A stretch of DNA of 64,000 nt from Proteromonas lacertae (taxonomy: Eukaryota): the NCBI GenBank assembly GCA_002245135.1, contig NGBS01000323.1:1-64000 (forward strand), given 5' to 3'. The stretch's first letter is position 1; the number at the start of each line of letters is the position of its first letter. The notes below the pieces were generated by a model. The model was given only the letters and a program-made list of their open reading frames with translations. It was not told the origin of the DNA and made no database searches. Made by a program: the position numbers and the translations under genes. This document shows, one piece after another, positions 39,001-53,339 of the stretch.

Positions 39001-42000
39001 TTATCATGATAAACAAAGATCTTATTTTGGATATAGTGGTTCAACAATTGTATATTATGTTGGTAAATATCAAAATGGTAATGATAATCCTGGTAATTGG
39101 GAAAGAAATGGTAATAATGGTTGTAGTATTCCAACATCTGATTTAATTGGTGATTTATATAAAAGAACAGAAATGCATCAACATAGAGGAGTAGGTGAAG
39201 ATAATCAATTTAGATTTGAAATACAAGTAGGAAGTTCATCTGCTATAGCAGGAACAGGTGAATTTATTGGTCCTTCTGTAGTTGCTCATTTATATTTAGG
39301 ATTTTTTGAATATTCGTTAATGAAAGCAATATATCCAGCTCATACTAAAATTCCTATTAATAAACCAGTATTACAAGCTTGGATTAGTGCTCGAACAGTT
39401 GATAGTTATGAAATAGAAGGTGATTTACCACTTGGATTAAAATTTGATCCAACAACAGGATATATAAGTGGTTATGTAGATGAAATAATGAAATCTCGAA
39501 ATTATACAATAACTTTAAGAGGAAGAGATACAAGTGAAAAAGGAAATAATGCTGCATTTGTATATACATGTGAAATTGAAATGTCAATAGAAGAATATAA
39601 AAGTCCAGAAAGTGAAATTGAATGTGATTCAAATAAGATAATTGGTTTTACAGGTGAAACCATAACTCCAATCAGATGTTCAAGTAAAAATTCAATTGAA
39701 ATGTTATATCATTCAACTGATTTACCCTTAGGATTAAGTCTAAATGAAGATGATGGTGAAATAAGTGGAACTCCATTAGAAGAAGTATTTGGTCATATCT
39801 CCACCATCTATGGTTATACAATCAATGGAGTTAGTTCAATAGAGATTGAATTTACTTTATATGGATGTAAAAAATCATCTGATTTAATTGAATTATCAAG
39901 TGGTGATTATTCCAGTTTGTTAATTATGACATGTAAAAATAGAATATCTTCATGCTATATAAATCCTCAACTACCTGATGGATTGTTTTTGTCACAGAAC
40001 TGTTTATTAAGTGGAAAACCAAGTAGAACATTTGATAAAAGAGGATATGAATTAGAGTATGTCTATAATGGATATTCATTTAAAGATAATGTGAATATTG
40101 TAGTTTATGGAATATTGAATAGTTGTAGTTATGGAGTAAATGATGATGGAATAATAATTTCAGGTGGTAGTGCATTTACAATCGCTCCTCCTCAGTGTAA
40201 CTCTCCAATAAAGATATGTAGTTGTGATGGTTTACCTGCTGGAGTGAAAATCTCTGAAAATGGAAGAATCTATACTGAAAGACCAACATCAGTCAGTGAT
40301 AAAGCTACATACAACATAAAGTGTAGTAATGGAATAAATGAAGTGACTATTCCCTTAAAACTGAGTATAGATGTTTCAAAGACTGTAGAAAAACCACTTC
40401 AATACTTTCACTATCCAACCAATGATTTTCCATTTTTTCGTAGGCAGATTAGAATCAATAGTTCCTAGTTATCTAGGTAATATAAAATCAGGAGGTTGTT
40501 CAATAAACCCAACTTCATTAGGTACTGGATTATCATTTATTGCTGATACATGTGAAATTAAAGGAACATATACTTCAGGTGGTTCAAATAAAAACTTTAC
40601 AGTAACTGCCATATCAGCTGATGATCTAAGTAAAAGTGTATTTACAATAGAAATAAGGATATATAAGTGATAGTCATGGAAATTATCAATATGGTTGGTT
40701 AATCAAATTTTATCGATTCAAAACTGCTAGTTGTACTGTATCATATTCTAGTCAAACAGGTGAAAAAGAATTAATATATGTAGGAGTAAGAGAATATATA
40801 AACTATACTACTGGAAGTAGTTTATGGCCCGAATATGGTTGGCATTTAGAACAACAATCCTCCTTAAGTTCAATTGGTTTTTATCATGATAAACAAAGAT
40901 CTTATTTTGGATATAGTGGTTCAACAATTGTATATTATGTTGGTAAATATCAAAATGGTAATGATAATCCTGGTAATTGGGAAAGAAATGGTAATAATGG
41001 TTGTAGTATTCCAACATCTGATTTAATTGGTGATTTATATAAAAGAACAGAAATGCATCAACATAGAGGAGTAGGTGAAGATAATCAATTTAGATTTGAA
41101 ATACAAGTAGGAAGTTCATCTGCTATAGCAGGAACAGGTGAATTTATTGGTCCTTCTGTAGTTGCTCATTTATATTTAGGATTTTTTGAATATTCGTTAA
41201 TGAAAGCAATATATCCAGCTCATACTAAAATTCCTATTAATAAACCAGTATTACAAGCTTGGATTAGTGCTCGAACAGTTGATAGTTATGAAATAGAAGG
41301 TGATTTACCACTTGGATTAAAATTTGATCCAACAACAGGATATATAAGTGGTTATGTAGATGAAATAATGAAATCTCGAAATTATACAATAACTTTAAGA
41401 GGAAGAGATACAAGTGAAAAAGGAAATAATGCTGCATTTGTATATACATGTGAAATTGAAATGTCAATAGAAGAATATAAAAGTCCAGAAAGTGAAATTG
41501 AATGTGATTCAAATAAGATAATTGGTTTTACAGGTGAAACCATAACTCCAATCAGATGTTCAAGTAAAAATTCAATTGAAATGTTATATCATTCAACTGA
41601 TTTACCCTTAGGATTAAGTCTAAATGAAGATGATGGTGAAATAAGTGGAACTCCATTAGAAGAAGTATTTGGTCATATCTCCACCATCTATGGTTATACA
41701 ATCAATGGAGTTAGTTCAATAGAGATTGAATTTGTTATTGAAAGGTCTTGTCATTATTATGCATTTTATTTTAGTTACATTCTTGAAAGTGAAGGTACAG
41801 AATTTATTGTTAAACAAGATGATGATATATTATTTAATAGTAGTAATAATGGAGTAATAATAAAAGAAAATGTGAATATAATATGTGCAAAATGTGAAAC
41901 AGATTTGAAATTAATCATTCATAGTGATGCATTAATAGGAGGAAAGTTTATACTTCGTCGTAATAATGATTTGGTATTATATTCAGGAAAAGTTGAAGAT

Positions 42001-45000
42001 ATAATAGATAATAGAGAAATAGAAATAACATTTCCTAAAGAAGATCAGATTCCAATTCTTAATTATCCAGTTATGACTGATTTAATAGTTGGATTTGAGT
42101 ATTATATTGGTCCAACAGTGACAAATGGTGGATTTGTATTTGATGTTGATAAGAATTGTGAAGAAATTGAATTTGATCGAGAAACTGGTGCATTTTATGG
42201 ATTAATTGAATCTGTATTTGATGAAACATTTATAGTAACAGCAACTAATTATAATGGAAAAAGTACATCCACTTCAGTTACAATAACTTCATCAAAATGT
42301 GAAAATGACAAACAATTGTTCAAATTACATGTAGTAATTGGTCAAGCTGATAATAGACAAGCATCAATTAATATTAAGAAGAGATCTGATGATCTTACAC
42401 TATTTAAATTCGACAATATAAAAACAGAGACATTTGATAAAAGATTTTGTCAATTACAAGGTGAATATACAGCATTATATTCATTTACATCTTCATCATC
42501 AAGTATGGAAATAGTATTAGAAGATATAGATGTAACAACAAAATTACTTCCAGGAAGTGATTATGGTCAAGATTTCTTTGTTTATCGAATATACAGTGGT
42601 ATTGGTAATTGGTATTATACTTCCACATATCAATCTGATTGGATTACTACAACTGTCTTTGATTCATGGACAGCCAAACCAATGGGTGAATTTGAAGAAG
42701 TAAATGAAATAGTGAGATATTATAAATATCCATTTACAGTTCCAAATACTTATTTAAGTACAGCAATAGTATTGTCATTGACATATGCAGGAGGTATAGC
42801 TGTTTATATAAATGAACATTTTCGTTTATATTAATAATTTACCTGATGGTTATACACATGATACTCCAAGTAGTTCAGATACAACGCATACTATTCAAGT
42901 ACCAATAGTTACTGCTTACTTCAAAAGAGATGGAAGTGAAAATTATATTTCAATAGAAAGTCATTTCCAATCTTTAATGAGTGAAAAAGAAAAATTGATA
43001 GTTAATATTCAATATATGGGAATAAATCAATGTATGAATGCTCCAGGTGTAAATGATGTTACTATAACTGCATTTGCTAAAGAAGGTGAAACAGTATCAG
43101 ATGATAACCTTCGAGAAGTAGTTTTACCTGATACTTATAAAAATGAAATATATAGTGTTAATGGTGGTTTTAATTATAATTATGGTAGTTATCCTGCTTA
43201 TGAAAATGCTTGGTATAAATATAAATATAATTATCCAATAATGATTTCAAAATATAATTTTGTATCAACTGGTGAAGCAGATAATTTAATTCGATTTGCT
43301 ATAAGTTGGGATGTATTAGGATCAAATGATGATAAAACATGGAAAGTATTACACTCAGTGAGAAGAAGTGCTCAACCAACATTAGATGAAAATAGGCCAT
43401 ATTATATACCAAATTTAGAAGATCAATATAAATATTATATGTTCAATATAACAGCTAGAGGTGATGATAATGAAGTATTAGCAGATCAATTAAGAACAGG
43501 AGGTATAATACCATCAATATGTAATTATCCACAAACATGTGATGATATTCCAATGGGAAGTGAAAGTTATTTCATGTGTCCAGAAGGTCAAGAATCAAAT
43601 CGTAAAACCGCTACTTCTGAACCAATAAGAATAGTAAGAGAATGTCAGAATGTGAAAGGTGTTGCTACTATTCAACCTGATAATTATGGTGGAAATACTT
43701 GTTCTAAACAGCATATAATATTTGATGCTTCTTCAAATAAAGTAACAGGAATAATAGGAAAAGAAGTTCCAACTTATAGATCCTATTTATTTGTTGATCG
43801 AAATACAACTACAACTATAACATCTGATCCAGAATTACCAGATGGAGTGAAAATAGATCAATTGAGTGGAAGAATCTACGGTATAGCCAATGAAGTTAGA
43901 GAAGAAAAATCATATAAAATTACTGTAACTAATGAAGCTTATCCAGACGGAAGAAAGACAGTATCAAAAACAATTACTTTAAAAATATTAACTCAATATT
44001 GTGATACTGATGATATTTGGCCTAAAACTGAATTTAATCAAACAGCTTCATTAGAATGTGGAGAAGGCTGTGGAGGAAATCGAACCAGAGAATGTGTATT
44101 AACAAATGGAGATGCTGTTTGGAAAGAAGCTGATTATAGTGGATGTGTATATCCCAAATCAGTAGAATATAGTAATTATACAAGTAATTGCTTAGCTTTA
44201 GGAATAATAAAAGCTACAGTTATATCAATGGAAGATAAGAATTTAATATTTGAATTTGTGGATAAATCAGAAATAGTAAAAGAATTAACAATCGATCAAA
44301 CAAATGGAGAAATAAGTGGAACTTTATCATCCAAATATGTAAATACAACGAATGAAATAAAAGTGAAAGTAACAGGAAATTATACAATAATCACTTCATT
44401 CTTCTTAACCATTGATGTAAATCTGATGATTAAATATAAAGCATCTGAATATAAAGGTACAAAAGATTTATATTTTGAAAGTGATGAAGCTGAAATATCA
44501 TCTTGTGATCCTCATTTATCAATAGGACATGATCCTACTTCATTAGGATTATCATTTAATTCAACAAATGGTAAAATATCTGGAATTCCAACCAGATATT
44601 TCGAAGAATCATTTACAATAACATTATCAAGTGGAGATTTACCTCCGTCATTATTTGTAATGAAAATAATAATAGAAGAATTTGAATATGATATTCATGA
44701 TGAAATACATAAAAGTGATAAAATATCAATATCTCCAAAAGGTATAGCTGTTAATTCAAAATTTTCATTTAAAGAAGAAAGTATGAAAACATTATTGAAT
44801 GGTATAAGTATTTATTTGGATGAAAATGATGGAAGATTATACACAAAAGAGAATGAGAAAATTAGTGATGTATTAAATGAAACAAGTATAACAATAGTTC
44901 AATCATTAGATGGAAAATCAATCGAAACAACATTCAGTTTAACAATATTAAGATATACATTCAATTATTTAGATGTAAAAGAAATATATCATAAAGGTGA

Positions 45001-48000
45001 TTCATTTAGTATAAAACCAGATGTTAAATCAGGAGAAAAAATAGAATTTGAATTAATGGATAAAACAGAAGAAGAAGAATTACGTAAATTAGGAATAGAA
45101 TTAGATTCTACAACAGGTGTAATATCAAGTGATGAAATATTAGGTATAGTAGAGAATCATATATTGACAATAAATGTAAAACAAGTATATTCCGAAAGTG
45201 GAAAAGAAGTTGAAGGAACATTAATTCTCAACTTATATAATCCAGCACCACTAGATTTTAAATATAAAATGACAGATATGTATTTTATTAATGATAAAAT
45301 CGATATAATGCCAACTCCAGCAGGTGATGGATCAATATTTTCAATTGAACCTAATTCAATAATAACTGATTTGAAAAATATAGGAATATCATTCAATGAC
45401 ACAAATGGAGAAATAAAGAGTGAAATAATTACTGGATTATTTGAAAAAACATTTAAAATCATCCAAAGTAATGGATATAAACCCGAGAATAAAGAATATA
45501 CAATGTCTCTATTAGTTACATATCGTGCTCCATCTGAATTAGAATATACAGATAGTGATTATATATTAGCAGTAGGAATAGAAACAACAATAAAACCATC
45601 AAAATATGATGATAATGTATTTGCAAAATTCTCTTATCAATCATCAATAAAACTAGAAGATTACAATTTAACATTGAATAGTGATAATGGTATAATAAGT
45701 GGAATTCCAAGTAAAGATTTACCAGTTTCAACTGATGTTACGATAATATTGAAGAATCGAGCTGGAAGTATATCATATGTATTGAAATTGATGATTGAAA
45801 AAGAGCCTGATTATTCATTCTATGAATTAGTAACATCTGATTTAGAAAGAATAATATTGAATAGATCTTATGTAGTGGATATGAGATATTGGACAATTCC
45901 AAGTGATGCAATGAAATGGGTTAGTATGGAAGGTAAAAATGAAGAAACAAGTATAATAATCGAAACTAGAAATGATAATGAAATGAGATTATTTAATGAA
46001 TTGAATAGATAAAACATTAAAGCATATTAGATTTATAATAAAACCAAAAGGAGATGAAAGTGGAATGAAAGATATGAAGATAACTACAAATTCATTAATC
46101 GAATCAATAAATGAATGTTATTTATATGATGTAGAAATGATAATAAAGAACAAATTAATATTAGAAACAAATGAATGGCAAATGGTTTATTATTCAATTC
46201 AATAACAAATTCAATCTTATTACATGTAGGAATAATGAGTGAAAAATCTTTGATTATCAATACCAATTCAGAGATATTTGGTTTAATAAGTGGTATATTA
46301 AAAAATAATGGTAGTGATAAAGTAGTAAATGGTATATTTGTAAAATTAAACCAATATTCATTAGAAATGAAAAATAACAATGATGGTGTTAAAAGTGGAT
46401 TATTATTTGGTGAAGTCAGTAATATACAATTATCTTATAGTTTTATTGATATAAATGACATAAATATGAATATTAAAAAAGGAATTCATAGTTTAATGAT
46501 TGGTGATAGTGTAGATAATGGATTTGAAATATCTAGAAGTTTTGTGATAGTAAGAAAGTCATTGAATATAAAAGATTATCTAACTGCAGTATTTGGTATT
46601 TATAATGGAAATAAGAATATAAAAATTACTGAATGTTTTAATGATATTAGAATAGGTGAAATAAAAGATTCATCAACAGAATTGAAAATGAATATAAATG
46701 GAAAAGAAATGATGAATAGTTATAGTTATATTCAAATAACTAAGAATATTCCAACTAATGTAAAATTGTATTTAATATCAGAAGATGTAGTTTCTTCAAT
46801 CACAAATACATTTATATCAATAAGTAAATTAAAAGATATAACAATTGGCAATGATATTATTATAACAGTATCAACTGATGGTAACAGTAAAACACAAAAT
46901 GCATATTTAGAAAAATCAGATGGTATTACAATAACTGGTGATGATAAAATAAAAGAATTTAATAAAGAAATAAAAGATCATTTATATAAATATATGAATG
47001 AATTTTATATTGGTAAAGATCAATCCAAATTGTATTATTCAGAACTACCTCGATATGAGAATAATAAAATAATAGATGAATATAAAGTATTTGAAAACGC
47101 TGATATAATATTTGATACAAATTCAAATCCCAAATATTTCAAATCTAATGATGTATTCTATTTAACAGATATTCCGTTATCCAAATTGTACAAAGATATT
47201 ATACCTTCTAAATGTTATAATTTACACTTATTATCAAAAGAAAATACAAATGAAATATCGATTGAATCTTCATCCAATTGTTTAACTTTTGTTGATAATA
47301 AAGATATTAAAGATATTAAATTAGAAATTAAAACATTGAAATCTTTAACAATAGAAATAACAAATTCAGATGATTGTTTAACTCATATGTATAATCATTT
47401 CGAATTAAATATAAAATCAAATAATAAAAAACAAACAATCCCAATCAACATAATTGACAGTAAAAAACCTCCAATAATAAGAACAGAACCAGAAATAGTT
47501 TTAGAAAAATCAATATTCTATTTAGTATTTGATGATATAACATGTAATGTAACTGATTTTAAAGATTATTCTGAAATAATGAATTATAATAATGTTTATA
47601 TTAATAATGAAATAGATAATACATACAGTAAAGTAGAAATATCAATATCTAAAATATCAACAATAGATAAATATTATAATAAAAGCGAAGGAATATGTGT
47701 GACATATTATTTTAATGGATATGTTCAACCTAGTGAGAATAATTGTTTTAATTTCACAACAACAATAGAACATATATTCCAACCAACACTTCCTCCACCT
47801 CCATTAATATCAACAGATTTACCATATTTTCATATTAGTATAATAGAGAAAATAAAAGAAATAGTTAATGACGTAATAACAACTGTCCAAACAGTGAGTG
47901 AAGAAGCTAAAGAATTGAATTTCAAACCATCGATAAAGAATCATATACAGATTCATAATACTGAAGTAAAGACAAAACAAAATAATATATTTACACATCC

Positions 48001-50555
48001 ATATGCAACTAAAGAATCAACTTTAGAATTTACCTCACAGTTTAGTGCTGTTGTAAAAGAAGAAGAGAATGTTACATTATCTTTTACAAAATCTCATTCC
48101 ATAAAAATGGAAGAATTTGATAAAACAACTTTAAAAATAAAGAATGGTACAAAACTGGAATTTAATAATAACAAACTATATTTACAATTTTCATCATCTG
48201 ATAAAAGAAGAAGATCATTAGAAGAGGGAAATAATAAAAAAGAACAATCAATGAGAATGTTTGGTGATGTTGATAGTGTAGTACTTGTAAACGCAGAGAT
48301 AAATCTTTATACAAAAGATCCATCCAATGAAATAGTTATAAAACAATGTGGTTTATTTTCATCATTAACCAATTCAATAGTGCAAGATATAACTATAAGA
48401 ATAGCAAGTAATATAAGATTTGAATGTGATGGTGATAGTTATAATGGTTTATTTGCCTTAACAGCTTATGGTTCTACATTTATTAATGTGAAAGTAGAGT
48501 TTGCTAATGAAGGTATGAGAACAATAGCAATTCAAAATAACAATGAACATGTATTTGGATTGATAGTTGGATTAGGGTATGGTGTTCAAATATATAACAG
48601 CTATATATTTGGTGATATTATGACAGTGATAAATAATGGAGAATCAAACAAAGATAAGAGTAGTAGTATATTTGGTGGTATGGTAGGATTATGTGTGGTT
48701 TATTGCAACATTGTTAATTCATTTTTACAGGTGAATAATATTCTATTATATCAAAGTATGATATATGGTGGTTTGATAGGATCAATGTATAAAGAAAGTC
48801 AGTCACAAGTTATTAATTCATTTGTGTTTATTGAAGATGGTTTAAGAATTGGAGTAGATAAAAATCAAAAAGAGTTGGTATATGGTGGCTTTATTGGTGA
48901 TATAAATGAAAAATGTAAAGAAGTGAAGATAGATAATAGTTGGATAATATTTATAACGATGGGAATAGAAATCAATACAACAACTACTCATTTTGGTGGA
49001 ATGATAGGAAGAATAGGAGAAATTGAAAAAGAAATGCAATTAGTATTACAAATTCCTCAATGCAAATGCCAATTGGTCATAATACGTTTGTATTTAGAGG
49101 TAAAGATGGTAAGATATAGTTGATAAACCAAATATTGGTTTTATATTGGGATGTAAATTAGATGAAGACAATATAATATATATTGATCATACAATGGCTT
49201 ATGTAGAATCATGTAATCCAAAATTCAACTGTATTTCACCTCAAATGTATTATGCACCACCTGGAAAATATCCAAGTACTTCTAGAAGAATGTTAAGACC
49301 AACAGAAAATAATTATTGTAGTGGATCAGGAGCTTTAACAAATGGTCCATTTTCAAGTTTAGCTGCTCAAGGGAATGATTTCTGTAATTCATTAGGTAAA
49401 ACAACTTGTGAAGGATATAATGGAATATGTTATGATGCTTCATCTTACAGTCCATGTTCATTATCAAACAATGATAATTCGTTAATATTATTCAAAGATC
49501 CAATATATATTTCATCTAGTAAGTTAGTATGTGCAAATAATTGTTCATCAAATGGAGTATGTGTATATGGAGAATGTCGATGTTTTCCAGGTTTTACTTC
49601 ATTTAATTGTAAATATCGAAATTGTCCATTTGGAAGTCCAATTTCTAATCCATCAAATGAATATGATAAAGATAATCGATTATATTATGAATGTTCAAAT
49701 CAAGGTAAATGTAATAGAGAGAGTGGGTTATGTAAATGTTATAGTGGATTTGAAGGAAATGCATGTCAAAGAACAAAATGTCCAAATGAATGTTCAAATC
49801 ATGGAATTTGTATGACATTAAGTGAAGCTGAATTAAAGAAAGAAAAAGGAAATATAAATGACAATGATGAAAACAATTATGATATAAATTATATAAAGAA
49901 ATATGAGAAATGGGATAGAGAATCAATTCAAGTATGTGTTTGTGATAAAGAATATCGAGGTGTTGATTGTTCAATTAGAAAATGTCCTTATGGTTATTTA
50001 GCTGATAGTGAATGTGATTCCTTATCTCAAAGTGAAATAACAATTACATATAAACCTAAAACAAGTGCAATTTCAACCAACAATGATAAAGTCTATGTGA
50101 AATATACAGATCCATTTAATCGAGTATGGTTTACTAAGAGTTTTAGCTTCACTTCAAGAAAAGAATGGTTTAATGTATTACAATCTCTTCCACCAGGAAC
50201 ATTATCAATAGATGAAGTAAAAATAGAAAATCCAACTGCTAGTGAAATTGCCGTTTCAATTGCATTTTCAAAACATCAATCAGGAAGACAATATCCATTA
50301 GAAATAATCGGAAGTAAAGAAATGAAAGAAATTCCAGAATTAGGAGATATAAATAATGGATATTATCATTGGATTAATGCATCTTTAGAAGGAATTCTTG
50401 ATACTGTAAATGGTGAATTGAAATATGAAATGGATTATACTCAAAGATCCTCTGAATGTAGTAACAATGGAATATGTGATACAAAGAGTGGAATATGCAA
50501 TTGTTTTGATGGATATAGTGGAGTTGCTTGTTCTGAATTAAATGAATCTTATTAA
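36010..50555 (+). CDS. Giant (~4800 aa) secreted/surface protein: signal peptide, 3 tandem He_PIG/PA14-like units, galactose-binding-like and HRM-like modules, more He_PIG, GLUG-like beta-repeats, and a C-terminal mastigoneme-type EGF module
   Basis: ATG 36010 plus a 28-nt intron gives the signal peptide MKLVLVLLALISTISG-EC. LPxGLx(F/L)DxxTGxISG motifs recur throughout. The ORFs 36275 to 49146 are collinear and link through 1-nt shifts without intergenic gaps. Confidence 0.75.
36103..41733 (+). repeat. Three ~1.88-kb intragenic tandem repeats with mosaic identity
   Basis: Units at about 36103-37981, 37982-39880 and 39881-41733; long identical blocks alternate with divergent blocks. Confidence 0.95.
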
Positions 50556-50670
50556 ATGAATGACATTATTATTATTATTATTATTAATTTCATAAATTCA
50601 TATTATATTTCTTTTTTTTTTTTTACTTTAAAAAACAATATCATAAATAATAAAAACATTAAATTCTCAC

Positions 50671-52509
50671 TTATTCACATTGTTTGGTATTATCTATTGT
50701 TAATGTATTTACAATAATTTGAGATACTATTATTTCTTCATCAACAGAAACAACTACTTTTTCAATTTTAGGTTTTATTACTCCTTTTTCCATTTCTTCA
50801 AGTTTATTCTTCTGTTCCAACATCTTCTTTTGTTCACTCAGTTTTTCTCTCCATTTTTTAGATCTTGAATTATATTCTAGACTATCTTCCACTGGAAATT
50901 CTATACCCTTTTCTAAAGCAATTTCTTCTGGAGTTTTATTCTTTCTCTTTTCTATCAATTTACTTAATCTTTTCTTCCCTCCAAATATCATTAACCATAT
51001 CACAAATACTGTTATTATTATTAAAGTTACAATTATTATTGAAATACCTCCCCAAATTGTATTTCCTCCTTGTCCAATCAATATTGATACTAATAACAAA
51101 TAAACTGGTATTATAACATATAAAACTACAACATAAGCAAAACCAAACCAATTGAATTTCTGAATTGTTTTACCAAATAAATAAGCACTATTCACTAATA
51201 TTTTTCTAATCTTTTTGATTGGATAGAATACTATAATACCAATTATATTAAAATAGACATGAACTAAAGCAGCAGCTAAACCTGGTAATTCACCAGTTGC
51301 TAATCCAGCAACAATAGCAGTAAATGTTGTACCAACATTTGCACCTAAAGTTAGTGGAAGAATTCCTTCCACTGTTAATACACCAACACCAACTAGCGGA
51401 ACTAATGAAGAAGTAACTACAGAACTACTTTGTAATACAATAGTAAGACCTGTACCTATTAACATAGCTAAATACGGATTCATATTCAACGCTTTCTTTA
51501 TATATTTATTAGCCTTACCTAATAAAAGAAACTGTAATATCCAAACCAGCATAATTAAAAATATGATAATACATACAATTGCTAATATTAATAAAAACAC
51601 ACCTGTACCAATATCACCAAATTTCCATGAAGTTTTAATAAAACTTTTCTGTATAATAGAAGCAGAATCATATTCCTTATGCCATTCATCATCGAATATA
51701 CAAACAGCTTTTCCATTAAAACATCCCAAATCAGTTTGATTTAATAAAGCACCTGCTGGTGTACATTTTGGAGCACTTCCTCCACATCCAAATGAGAATG
51801 CTTTATAAACATCTTTATTAATTTTAACAACTAATTCACAGACTGGATCTAATATATAATCTAATGGAGATGGAAAACTTGCATCAGCACTTCCTCCACC
51901 AATTGCCTTTGTTGTAGCTGAAGCTATTGTACAATAGAACCCACAACCGTTGTTAAAAGCTCCCCAAATCCATTCTATTGGTAAGAATACAACAGCACTA
52001 TAAATATTAAACATATCATTGACAGTTGCTCCTGAAGCTGCTCTTCTGAATTGTACTGGATTTTTAACATAACCATATGATACAATAACACCTTCTAAGG
52101 CAGTACCAATATTTGAACCCATTATAATATATACTGCTGTGCTTAACGGAATTGCATGAGCAGCACACATAGCTACAGTGATAGAGGTTGTTGTGGATGA
52201 TGAAGAAATTATTACTGTGAATAACCAACCAACTGCTAATGCTGTGATTGGATTGTTGCAGAAACTAAACATCTAATGAAAATAAATTACATAAAATAAT
52301 ATGTATACTTTTGATGCATCTTTACCTCCTAATATTCTAAATGAATTACTCATCATGTCTAAAGCAAACATAAAACCATATAAGGAAATGATTAACACAA
52401 TTATTCCACCTGCTACACGTACTGTCCTTATATACCATGGACGTTGTTTTTCAACTGGTAAATTATCAGTTACATCAAGTGTTGGGTCTTTAAAGTCAAT
52501 AGTATTCAT
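50671..52509 (-). CDS. SLC34/NptA-family Na+/phosphate cotransporter
   Basis: (I/Q)SSSTTTS..IIMGSNIGT and LQSSSVVTS..LTLGANVGTT inverted-repeat signatures, AGATVNDMFN-like motif; one 36-nt intron at about 52273-52308. Confidence 0.93.
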
Positions 52510-53032
52510 TGAATCTCACAGATTCTTTGTATAAGTGTTGTAATGTAAATTTGATGACTCATCAAACATTCAATTTAAAAATTATGAATCTGAAGATTCT
52601 TTGATAATGTGAAATACACCAAATAACATTACTCACAAGTCTTCATTGTATTTCTGTAATTGTAATACTTTTCACGTATAACTTTTTCAACCATATGACA
52701 AGTCATTTTTCTTGTTAAATACAATACAATAGTCTGTATCTATTCTTAGCTAATTTTCATAATCATCTGAATACCTGTGATTATATTACATTTATTTTTA
52801 ATATATGCTAAATAAACCTTTATCATAACTCAAATTAGTGAGTTCTTTATCATTGACATTCTATATGAGTATGCGTCTGTTGATATTTTCTTCCTACAAA
52901 TATTTGACTATTAATATTGAATTGCATAATATTATCTCTACTTAACTTATGTATAAGCAGAAAATTGAGAAAATCAAAATAGAATAAAAAACCCAAACCA
53001 GAATCGAACATAATATACATTTTTATAATTAT

Positions 53033-53308
53033 TTATAAATATGGATTAAATTCATCATTTCCATCAATTGCATTTAATAATCCAGATACTGGCATAGCAT
53101 TATCCACTTCTATAATACAGTACATATATATAAATCAAAAATACTTTCAAATTTTGGTAAAAGTCCTAACGCTTCATCCAACAATTCTACTCCATCTTCT
53201 GTAATATTGTTTTCATATATTTCCAACACTCTCAATTCTGGAATGAATTTGAAATACTGTATAAGTGTCTTAAGACCTTCATCTGAAATGCATTCATTAT
53301 CTATTCAC

Positions 53309-53339
<31 letters not shown>

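Noticed and set aside
1..41733. Similar repeat periods (~1.86 kb and ~1.88 kb) in two unrelated genes; possible mobile element or CRISPR-like array
   Set aside because: The two arrays share no sequence, both are in-frame coding repeats, and there are no terminal repeats, transposase/RT motifs or short repeat-spacer structure.
52516..52569. Short upstream ORF (MFDESSNLHYNTYTKNL) before the phosphate transporter
   Set aside because: It cannot be distinguished from a frameshifted true N-terminus, given the insertion errors in this assembly.
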